Source: Nemertoderma westbladi (Eukaryota; Animalia; Xenacoelomorpha). From it: 64,000 nucleotides of DNA. The translations under genes and the position numbers were made by a program. Below the pieces are notes generated by a model. The model saw only the letters and a list, made by a program, of their open reading frames with translations, was not told where the DNA came from and searched no databases. This document shows, in pieces, positions 11,637 to 22,443 of the stretch (position 1 is the first letter of the stretch; every line of letters begins with the position of its first letter). The DNA is taken from assembly GCA_032718475.1 (NCBI GenBank), contig JAUCBJ010000759.1, positions 1 to 64,000 on the forward strand, in the 5' to 3' direction.

Positions 11637-12989
11637 TAGATATTTGTGAGTTTTGTATTACATATTGAACAGTTGTCTAATGGACTTGTTGTCTACTAGT
11701 AATAACAAATGTGAACCATCATATAACAATAGCTAGTAATAATTATTCTGGGAAACAACCATAAACTTATTTTTTTTTTAATTCTGCAGGCTCTGAGAAT
11801 AATTCACGTGCTGCGTGAAGTCTTCATGTGCAGCATGAACTTTTCATGTGCCGCGTGAAGGCTTCTCATTTTGATCAAAAAGCTTTCCGAGGTGCTCGAT
11901 TAATTAACGTGCTTTATAAAGAATTTAAGTGCTACGTGAAACCTTCACCTGCTGCGCAAATGTCTCACGTGCTGCGCGAAGGTTTCACGTGCTGCGCAAA
12001 GCTTAATGTTCTGTGTAAAGGCTTAATATAAAATTATGTGGAAATTTTTATATAATTTTGAATGTTTCTTAAGGTTGTCTCATTATTCCATGACTATTTA
12101 TTACTAAATGACGAAATAGTATGAGATCAAATCAATACGCCAAAATGAAATTTGTTCACGTGCTGCGCGAAGTGTTTTTTGGCAAGCACTCTAAAATTAT
12201 TTTAACAGGTTGTTAAAAGTGGGTAGGGGTTTTTTTGAACCAAATTTAATGAAATCCATTGAGAAATCACAAAATATGGATAGGGGATAACCAATGGCAA
12301 AAGAAAAGGAGATACCAGTACTGAAAATAGCGGGAACATTTGAAATATATTGTTCTTAAACTTTAAATGCGTTTATCTCGGAATTGTATTTTTCACATTC
12401 AAAATACTACTACTCAGCCATTTCTTAACCAATTTTCGAAATTTTTTTTTTGTTTGATTTCTTTTCGGGTTTTGATCAAAAGTTATCGGTTAGAATTTTG
12501 AATTGTGCCATATTAATTTCTTGAAATTAGTTAATATCTATTAAGTAACAATTAATATTAGTTAATAATATTTAAAAAATATTTAAGACCTAAATAAAAA
12601 ATGTAACCGATAAGTTTTGTGGAGCCGAGGATGCTGATTCAGAAAATCCAAGTTTCGAAAATTTTCGCCCAAAATTGTGAGACTAGTAGTGTTTTTAGTG
12701 AAATTAACAATTTCGCTGGTGGCCGCTAGAGGGCTACGCAAATTTGAAAATTTTTTTTTGAACCCAATCTTTGGCCATATGTTAATCCCCCGTAAGGTAT
12801 AAAATATACAAAATTACACACAAGCAGAAATTATAGCCATTTGCAAAAAAGGTCCATAGGGGGGTGTACCCCCCCCCCCCTTAAATATATATTAATCAAA
12901 ATTTGACGGACATGTTGACAGACAGACAGACATACAAACAGACAGACAGACAAACTGAGAGACAGACTGAGATACAGATGGAGGATGGA
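11637..12989. mobile_element. Foreign segment, probably non-autonomous DNA/rolling-circle transposon pieces, replacing the 5' part of element B1
   Basis: Clustered CACGTGCTGCG(C/T)GAAG motifs 11806-12171, a G-run/TGTA/C-run hairpin at ~12859-12880 and a GACA microsatellite 12916-12978 (Helentron/HINE-like). Confidence 0.4.
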
Positions 12990-15900
12990 GGAAAGATGGA
13001 GGAGAATCAAATGCGCTCCTCCCAACAGGTCCGACAGTTAGAAGGGACTGTTCAACAGTTAAAGGGAACCGTAAAGGAAAGTAGGTTAGAGTTGCAGGAA
13101 GTGCAGCAAAATATCGCGCTAGAACGTGATAAATTAGTAAATTTACAAAAGGGTATACCACCACCCCTTGTAACAATGTGTCAACCTGTTAGGTCTGAAG
13201 TATCTCATGCGCAAGGTGTGGAGCCTACACGCATCTATACTGCTAGTGAAGTGGAAACCCCTATAGTAAACCCTATTAAGGGTAATTATAGACCTGTTGA
13301 TAATGATATTCCCTATAGACCGGATCATAATCCGAGAAATTTATATACCGATAACTCGATATTAAATAACACGATGGCCCAAGAAAGTTTTACGCGTCAA
13401 ATGGCTAGAACCGAAGCCCGGCAAGCGGTAAAGGTGGGAGAGATCGTCAAGTTCAATGGAGATGAGATGAAATGGTTACCTTTTAATGAATATTACAAAG
13501 ATAACATACAGAACTCTGTCCTATCTAATGGAGAGAAACTTAGATTCCTCATCGAGTGCTTGGAAGGATCTCCCAAGTTAATGGCGTTAAAGTTTATTGG
13601 ACATCCAGACGGATTAAGACAAGTTTGGGATACACTAAACATCAGGTATGGTAATAGGAATAACATAGCTGGGTATTTGTATGCAAAGTTGGTAGCGCCC
13701 CGAAAGTTTATTAGCAGCGGAATTATAGAGTTTTCCGATGAGATTCAGGAGATCTGCAGACAATTAGATTGGCTAGGTAAGTCTCATGAGTATCAGAATA
13801 CTATGGTTATAAGAGCAGTGGCTTCTACTTTACCGAAGGGTGGAGTAGGTACACGCTGGGATAAGAAAGTGTTATATATGATGGAACAACAACGACGAGA
13901 CCCTACCATGACTGATCTCATGTCATTCTTAGATAGAGAAGTGAAATTACAGCTCCTAAGGCAGTCCAGAGAGAAGACACTGGAAAACAAGGTAAGTGAG
14001 AAACCCGTTTCTAGGAGAAGGGTAAAACCAGTGTGTTATACAGACGACGGCGAAAGCCAGACTTCTCAAGGAGAGGATAGCGGGAAAGACACTGAAAGAT
14101 CTTATTATGTCAATAAAACGCCTAAAGACCAGGTAAGTAAATTCAAGTCTCGAACCAATGACAGGAGAGAACAGGTAAGAAAAACCCCTCCTACGTCTCC
14201 CAAGAGAATTCATGTAAGAAAGCCCGAAGAAAGAACAAGTGTGCACCACACAGCACAGGTTAAAGTAAGTAACATCAAACCCAAATGTGTGCTGTGCGAC
14301 GGGCCCCACCGCTTGAATATGTGCGATAAATTCTTAAAGAAATCATTAAAAGAGAGACGGGACGTCATGTGGGATAAGCGGTTGTGTTACAATTGTCTCA
14401 GACGAGGACACCAACGGCGAACCTGTTACTCCGACGCAAGGTGTGCAAAGTGTGGTGCAAAACATCATATCTTGTTGCACACTGAATTCGAGCGAAATAG
14501 TCCGAGTCAGGTGAGTGATTCCGAACTACATGTCCAATTCAGTGATGTGAACGACACTGATCAATCTGAGATGGAAGGATTCTATACGGACGAGTTCTCC
14601 GACCAAAACGAATCCTGTTACCTAATAAACACCACCGCAGTGTATCGAGCACTCATGCATGAGAAAGACACAGACAGCGACCTTACCTTAACTACTTCTG
14701 ATCAACAACCATCTTGGAAAGCGCCAACTTCCAATATAGGAATCCGAGAATTTCCTGTAGTCCAGTTACGGGTCCACGGACCTCAGAAGAGCTATATAGT
14801 GAACGCCCTCCTGGACTCCGGCAGCACAGGAACATTCATCGATAAAGAACTAGCCGAAGACATCTTTGCTGGACAACCCAAGTTCCGAACCAAGCTAAAC
14901 ATGTCAGGGATCATGCAGGTTTGGAAATCTGCTGTGGCTGCCGACTATTATATAGGTGAGTTGTCCACTCCACAGGATAAACTAGGAGAACACAGTATAA
15001 GGTCAGTCAAAATGGTGGCAATAAAGAACTTCGCTACCACCCAAGTGGAACCTTATAATTGGGACGAAGATGATCATGCCCAACAACTTAACATTCCTAG
15101 ATTCGACACCGATTATCCTGGAGTACAAATATTAATCGGTCAAAACGCGCATGAGGCGCTGGAGACATTGGAGAAACGACCTGCTCAACCGCAACCACTT
15201 CAGACCTATGCGGTAAGAACTAGAGTAGGTTGGTACCTTACTGGACCTTCCCGAAGAACGCTCAGAGAAAGACTGCTTCAAGATCGCGTCTGCCAGGTGA
15301 GTGAATGGGAAGATGATACTAGTGAGGGAGACGACCCAACTGAGGGAACACCATACTCCTCAGATAATGACGATATTAGCTCCAATGAAGATCAATGGAG
15401 ATATTGCCCCAAGAAGTTTAATCCAACTGACATCGCTTCCAGAGGAGCAACTCCTCAAGAACTGACGGATACTACAGACCGGTTAGGTGAACCCGACTTC
15501 CTGAGTAAGGAGGATGAATGGCCTCCCCATCTTACTCCGACTGAGATTAGACCAGCCAAGGGAGCGGAGAAAGTCAAACCTAAAACCCGGATGGGTGGAG
15601 CGGAGTTATTTGAACCCGGGATAGATCTGTCGGTATTACATATTGCCAGGGATGACGCCGTGGATCTGGACCTCCCCACCGCGAGTGGATCCTTCATGAA
15701 GATCAGAGAGAGCAATTGGAGCTCTGGAACATCAGACGTCTCGCAGGGACTCTCACCTCTCCTGCAGGGAGCGACGGACCACTATAGCTCCTGGAATCGG
15801 CTTTGTAAGGCCGTCGTGTACCTAGAGCGATGTTTCTATCGTCACTATTCCAGGACGAAGAGGAAACCTGGAATTGTATTCGGGATGCAGCGACTCAATC

Positions 15901-16025
15901 ACCCAGTCGGTCGTTTGTGTTTACCGGAAGGGAATGGAGGACTCTCCGGAAACTGTGGAAGGCAAGATTCTCTTCCCACGACCACCTCCCTAATCCTTCA
16001 AACATCTAGGGACTCCATAACGTAA
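12903..16025 (+). CDS. gag: 5'-truncated BEL/Pao Gag-protease ORF (element B1)
   Basis: From 12990 near-identical to 24463-27501. Capsid-like region (FNGDEMKW...LSNGEKLRFL), three Cys/His knuckles and ALLDSGS protease motif. First ~29 codons come from the microsatellite. Confidence 0.85.
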   Translation: MTDMLTDRQTYKQTDRQTERQTEIQMEDGGKMEENQMRSSQQVRQLEGTVQQLKGTVKESRLELQEVQQNIALERDKLVNLQKGIPPPLVTMCQPVRSEVSHAQGVEPTRIYTASEVETPIVNPIKGNYRPVDNDIPYRPDHNPRNLYTDNSILNNTMAQESFTRQMARTEARQAVKVGEIVKFNGDEMKWLPFNEYYKDNIQNSVLSNGEKLRFLIECLEGSPKLMALKFIGHPDGLRQVWDTLNIRYGNRNNIAGYLYAKLVAPRKFISSGIIEFSDEIQEICRQLDWLGKSHEYQNTMVIRAVASTLPKGGVGTRWDKKVLYMMEQQRRDPTMTDLMSFLDREVKLQLLRQSREKTLENKVSEKPVSRRRVKPVCYTDDGESQTSQGEDSGKDTERSYYVNKTPKDQVSKFKSRTNDRREQVRKTPPTSPKRIHVRKPEERTSVHHTAQVKVSNIKPKCVLCDGPHRLNMCDKFLKKSLKERRDVMWDKRLCYNCLRRGHQRRTCYSDARCAKCGAKHHILLHTEFERNSPSQVSDSELHVQFSDVNDTDQSEMEGFYTDEFSDQNESCYLINTTAVYRALMHEKDTDSDLTLTTSDQQPSWKAPTSNIGIREFPVVQLRVHGPQKSYIVNALLDSGSTGTFIDKELAEDIFAGQPKFRTKLNMSGIMQVWKSAVAADYYIGELSTPQDKLGEHSIRSVKMVAIKNFATTQVEPYNWDEDDHAQQLNIPRFDTDYPGVQILIGQNAHEALETLEKRPAQPQPLQTYAVRTRVGWYLTGPSRRTLRERLLQDRVCQVSEWEDDTSEGDDPTEGTPYSSDNDDISSNEDQWRYCPKKFNPTDIASRGATPQELTDTTDRLGEPDFLSKEDEWPPHLTPTEIRPAKGAEKVKPKTRMGGAELFEPGIDLSVLHIARDDAVDLDLPTASGSFMKIRESNWSSGTSDVSQGLSPLLQGATDHYSSWNRLCKAVVYLERCFYRHYSRTKRKPGIVFGMQRLNHPVGRLCLPEGNGGLSGNCGRQDSLPTTTSLILQTSRDSIT

Positions 16026-19000
16026 CAACATATGGAGTGGGTGTGTGACTCTATTATTTTATATTATTTTATTATTTTTATATTTATGTATGTATTACTA
16101 TGTAATTTTATTATAATCGTTTTATTTAATTTAGTAGAATATTATTTAGCGATTATTTAGTAGAATAGTGCAATATGTTCGTGTTTATTGCGTACGTAAT
16201 TACTTATATTATATTTAGTGTGACGGTGAGAAACAAGTGTTTTTCTCTTTCCTTACTGTCCGTATTATATTATAAATACGTAACTACAGTAAGATGAAAT
16301 GTCCGTACTTATTAAAGTACAATAAAGCCACTACTATATTTAAGTATTATTGGTAGGCAGAGTATTAGGAATGCAAAGTTCAGATCCTCGTGTCTCGGCT
16401 AAACCAAGCTCTGGGTAGACCTTGGAAACGACTTGCCTCTTCACACTGACATTGCTTCGTGCGATATTGCTCTCATACCGTATATTAAATAATACATATA
16501 GTAGCGTGATGTCCCTTTAACAGTAGCGTATAACGCAAAATAAATCTGTTAAACCCTTTGACCATCTGTAATTCTAGTCGATTAAGATACCCACCGATAT
16601 ACTTGAAAGACAAAATTCTAGAATCAGTGGTTAACGTCCCCAGACAAGTTCTGGAATATACTGGTGCCCATCCTAAATATTAATTATTAATATTTACAAA
16701 AATCTGTCAAATATCAGATCCTTTAAAATTCTAGTCGATTAAGATATCGTAGCACTTACCGATACTCTTAAAAGGACAAAATTCCTAGAATTAAGGATCC
16801 TATGTCCCCAGACCTGCTCTGGAATCAAATTGTGTCAATTTAACATTAAATAATAAAATTTACGGGAATAAATTTAAATTCATATATTTTAATGAATTTA
16901 ATAAATTGCAATTTATACAATTTATAACATTCCCAAAATTCCATTAATTAATAGATCATGGGAGCGGAGATTCACTCTATTAAGTGTATTTGTGTGCGAG
17001 AATCTCCAATGTATAGTCAATAGCCGATAAAATGCATAGAATCATGTATAAAGGGGATATTGACCATTAAAGAATTACTATTAAATAGCATCCCAGATCT
17101 GTATGCATGAGAATTACCCTAATTCTACCGCTAGCTTTCCATAATGTCACCATGGCAACAACCACGCTAGAATTAGAAGTGAGTTAAAAGAACAATAAAG
17201 GGCTTGCGTATTGAATAACATACGGAATAAATAGCACACCGCTAGTATCCAAGGATACATAATAACAACGTGACATTCTGGAAGGCACTTGACTAACGGA
17301 CAAATGACCCGAATGTGTGATAGAATGTGTACCATTTGTGACTGTTACGTGGAATTTGTGCGTTTGTAGGTGAATGTTACTACTAAGGTGTGTTTACAGT
17401 AGTGAGTCGCAATTGTGAAAGTAACCCTAACTCTCCAGTAAGAACCTGAAGTATATCTAAGCCTTTGGGACGGACGGTGGAGTGGCTCGTGCTGGTTGTT
17501 GTGGTCGTTGTGCAGCTACGACGTTGGCGATAGGCACATCGGCGAAAGTACACCAGCGCTGAGGATCTCGCACTGTCCGGGGGCAGAGAGGGGTAGGCAG
17601 CGACGCCCGCTCGCCTAAATATGAACTCATTATAATATGGATAAACTTATATAGCAGATATGATTGAGTTGATAGAAGATGATCTTGGTATCAGGGAGCG
17701 ATATACTCTACCTTTACAAGCGTTTGTTGATAGCTTGATACGCGGCGACGCTGGTCCAACTACTACGGAGGACGATGTCGTTATATCTAACCGCCAATCT
17801 CCCGGGAGCAACTTGCGCGTGGGTTGGACTGTAGAAAATTTACCGCTCGCTATACGCATCGTAATGGTATGTATATGGACTTCTTAACTACTGGTCATCC
17901 TATCGACCTACACGATACGAACGATATAGACACCAAAGGGAAATGGTTTATTTAAATATCATACCCAGCGGAAGCGGAACGACGAACTGAGACTCGAACA
18001 CGAAAATTCTATTCGAAACCGACTCGAAAGTGCAGATGTCGAAGAGCCGGATAAACGCAGCGACTTCACCAAATACCTGGAATTCTTGAGAGAAACCTAT
18101 CTCGATATTACCAGTCAACAGAATCTAGAAACTCGATATCCTCAAGGTATACATCATGACCGCATGGTAGGACTCAAACGGCTCTATTCCACTATGATGT
18201 ATCTTACCGCCGATCGATCGCTACCTGTTGTACCGGATAGCTTCGAACGGATGGAGGAATATTGTAAGCTGGAGAAAGATCACTCGCGTTTCCCCTACAA
18301 GACGTGCGTTTTGGTATTATTGCGATGAATGCCCAAGACCCAACCAACAAACGGAAAGACATAAACATCCGCGGAGACGTTGCTTTAAACACGGTTTTAC
18401 TCGCTATACTTACGGGAGTTTCGAGCGAAACTTGTTTGATGTATCCCCTACGCTCGTTCGACTCAGACGATCCTTAAATAAACCTATGATCAGAGTTTCG
18501 GAATACTCGATCAGAACTCCTCATTCCCTAGTGAGACTTCAGATTCTTGATCCTATTAGTATGACGGATCCTCCCGAGCTGTACTCACTGTTCAAAGATC
18601 TAGTGTTACCTGAACAATTAGTCGGTGGCACCCGGTTGTGGGCTTCCTAGATATTAGCCCATCCTACCTAGCCGGATTGGGACGCGGACATTTAATATCG
18701 CCGTTTAACCCTTACCATCGTCCCGGCTTAACACGATATAACCTGTCACTAAAGTGGCGGAGAACGTTGTACCAAACGAGTTAAACGCTATTCTACAAAG
18801 ATCAGAAAGGAAACCTGCGTTTGTTCAGATAAACGTAAGTTGTAACAACAAGTCCAAGCGATAAACGAATTGTCTTTATCTCAGTTCGATTGTGAAATCC
18901 AGAATCTCTAAGAAGATATCGAACTTAGACAACCCCATTCTCTGCGAGAGTTTTTGGATGAACGTATCCAGCTACGAGCGGAGGAAAATCAGCTCGAGGA

Positions 19001-19255
19001 GAAGCATATCGAAACGGCGGATACCCCGACCATAATCCTACACCTTCTGATGCAATCATATTGCACCCTTTACCCAGGATTTATAGCCCTCCTAGTAAAG
19101 TGGCTCGCCCCAAAGAGAAAAGGACTCTTGCTAGCCTCAAAAGGCTGTGTAAACGCCGTCCGCGTAAGAAAGACTAACTGTTTAGAGTATTTTTATATTT
19201 TAGAAACTGTGATTTGTTATATTTTATAGACTTAAATCCCATTTTCTGGGAGCGG

Positions 19256-20430
19256 TGTAAAAGCTTTTGCGTCATTAACCGGTTATTTTCCCTTAAAGTA
19301 CTCTGTAGTTGGTTTGCCAGGCATAAAAGGGCCGTGTCCTTGCTGTACTGGTGTTTTAGAGGACATAAAAGTCATTTCTTATGTATTTGTACTGTATTTG
19401 TACTTTAGAGGACATAATCCGAAATCTCGTGACGCGATAAGCTAGATACTCTTGAAAACAGTGTCGCTACCATGACGACGGCTAACAGCTGATATTGCCA
19501 CGTCGACGTTTCTTTGTTTCTTTGTTCTCTCGTTGTTCGGTTGACCAATCAGAGCGTTTTTTGTCTCTGTGTTGGAGGTGTATACAGAGCTCAGTAGTTC
19601 AGTGTTATGTTTTTGCCCAGAGCCTAAGAACCGGCTTTTGGCACCTCCGTGTTTCAGTCTTTAGTCTTACATTAGTAGGCTCAATTATAGAACGTATATC
19701 TGTTATCTTAACTACTCACGAGTTACACAAGTTAACTCATTCACTTAATAATCATTTATACATTAATATTACTGCTTTTACTGTCGGTTATTCATTATAT
19801 TGGTTGATGAAATATTATATCGGAATACTGATCAATAGTCAGACATCCCACCTTCTTGATATACTAAAGGTTAGAGAGACCGGTTACAGATAAACGATTG
19901 CGACCTATGTTGAGTGGTTTGAAGTGAATCTAATGCTATTTCATATGCCCAACATAAATTGTCTGTTGCTCTCTTTATACGTGACCAAATTTAGTGAAGG
20001 TCGGCAGATTAGTGTGCAGTATTGTGCAGCATTGTGTATGAGTGTAACTGATAACAAAACATCTCCTAAAGAATGTGCCATATACGTGAATCTATAGCCT
20101 TTTCGTTGTGTCTAGTTTAAGTCATAACTCTGTTTATATATTTAGAGCGCCACGTCCTAAAGGAACTGTTAATATTTCCCGAAAGTGAATAATATTTGTC
20201 AGAGATTATATATTACGATCAGTCGAATAATACAGTAGGCTTACACCATCAATCATTAAGCCCCGAACTCAGTCTCCCGGGTATATCCAACGGGTGAATG
20301 ATTGCGCATAGACTGGCTTCGGCTAATGTAGTGTATCAAATACTCGTCATAGGCTAAAGACTATCTATCATCCAAAAGACATTCTAATTTTGGCAGGTTA
20401 AACTGTCAAAGGTCTTTAAAAGCGCAAACA
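19256..20430 (+). repeat. LTR (1175 bp) shared by B1 and B2
   Basis: TG...CA ends; near-identical to 30743-31908, where homology stops exactly at GCGCAAACA. Confidence 0.93.
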
Positions 20431-21929
20431 ATAACAGATATTGCTTCTGGATTGCGGTGTAAGCAATCTAGTAGAAAGTACCGGTTGACCGGTAACCAGT
20501 AGGCCTGACTGCCTAATCATCCGGACCGGTACCTACAACAGTACAGGTACAGCAGTATTATTCGATTGTGATCTATTGTATACTGTAGGCTGCCAGGGGA
20601 ATAGGGATTGATCACCCCTCATTCTTTTGTAAAGTTTACTTATTTCTGCAAGTTTTATTTGTTTGTAGGCCAGTATTGAACAGAAGGCGTGTAAGCCTGA
20701 TCAGATTGTACAGACAATTTGTAGGCTGAGCTGTTGTCTGATTGTTGTTAAGTCTGAACGGATTGCAGTGTGTGTAGATCACCTGTCCGATAAAGAACGG
20801 TTAGGAAGTAGGGGCAGCCAAAGCTGTAAGGTAAACCCCCAACTAAAGAATAAGTCGTACTACTGGGTTAGAACGCATACTACCTAATCATTTCGGAGTC
20901 TGCATGTCCTGTGGTTTATTTAGGCTTGATAGTAGTTGGCCAGCGTTTGGTCTGTACTTTGTTTGTGTAGTCTGTACGGGTAGCGTATAATTTTTATTTA
21001 GATAATTTGTAGGTTGGATAGTTGTCTGGCTGTTGTTGGGTTTGAGGAAATTTCGGTGTGTGCAAAGCATTTGTCCGATAAAGAACGGTTAGGAAGTAGG
21101 GGCAGCCATCGCTGTAAGGTAAACCCCCGTCTAAAGAATAAGTCGTACTACTGGGTTAGAACGCATACTAACTAATCATTTTGGAGTCTGCATATACCGT
21201 AGTTTGTTTAGGCTTGATAGTAGTCTGTCAGTATTTGGTCTGCATTTTGTTTGAGTAGTTTGTACGCGTAGCGTAATATTTATTATTCAGAGTTTATGCG
21301 ATTATTCGCAACATTCATTCCCCAAGTTTGTTCCTTAGGTAGGAACACTCCGTGATACATAACGTAGTACCTATAGCGATACGGCTATAGGTCGTCAGGC
21401 GGTGGTATTTTCCTATCTGGACAACGCAGTGTATTTACTACTACTTATTATTTTCAAATACCGTAGTACCCTGTCCGTTGTAATAACCAGATTCTAACCC
21501 TTTGTCAGGCTGGTTTGTAGACTTCTTGTAAAATTACCCTAAAATTTCGTATTTTGTGTTTTTTGTAAATTTTTGTGTTTATTTAGAGATTGTAATCTCA
21601 ACCCGAATTGTACGTAATTTGTAGTATTAAGTAACTTAGTTAAATTAGAATTATTTGTTTTAGTGTCCAACAAGTAGCACTCCACTGAGAGCGCACTGCT
21701 TATGTGTAGTGACTCCCCAGAAATAATAACATTTATTTCAACATTGACAAAACCCATTAAACGGGTATATATATATTATAAATCAACTCAAACGATTTAT
21801 AAATAGTAGGCCTGCCATACAACAATTAGGTCTCAATATCAGTTGGACTACTGCTTAAATAACGGCAATAAAGTAAGTTAAAGTAACCAAGTAACCCTTA
21901 AAATTCAGAAATTCAGTTATTTAAAATAA

Positions 21930-22325
21930 TTGATATACCGGTATTTACAATAGGCTTATTATATTTATTTCTATAAATTTTAGGTTGAAATCATACCGGT
22001 ATTCTGTAATTAATTCTAGTTTGTAATTATACTTATATATATATACTATAAGTGTAAACTGCATACCGGTATTTACGATAGGCCTATTATCTTTATTTCT
22101 ATAAATTTAGGCTGAAATTATACCGGTACTTGTAATTAATTCTAGTCCAGAATTATATATACTACAAACTGTAAGCTGTATACCGGTATTCCCGATAGGC
22201 CTATTATATATTTATATATATTTGTGCTAAAATTATACCGGTATTCTGTGATAAACCTAGTCTGTAATAATACTTATATAGTTATATATACTATAAGCAT
22301 ACCGGTATTCTAATATATTATATAT
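21930..22325. repeat. Degenerate ~60-bp leader repeats built on ATACCGGTAT and TAGGCCTA palindromes (also ~2230-2525)
   Basis: About seven taccggta palindromes at roughly regular spacing before the gag ATG. Confidence 0.75.
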
Positions 22326-22443
22326 ATCACGCTACACTGAGTAGCAGTATCGGTAATTAATTACTAGGCTAGCAGTTAACTCTGAATTACTAGACTTGCT
22401 TAAACTGTAATATAGCAGTAGGCATTCAACTGTGCAAACCAAC

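Noticed and set aside
11633-12884. piggyBac insertion bounded by TTAA
   Set aside because: TTAA is present at both sides, but there are no CCC..GGG terminal inverted repeats and the LTR does not resume afterwards.
20431-20460. Canonical tRNA primer-binding site
   Set aside because: No TGG next to the LTR in A or B. The TGG at ~20448 in B is 17 nt away and absent in A.
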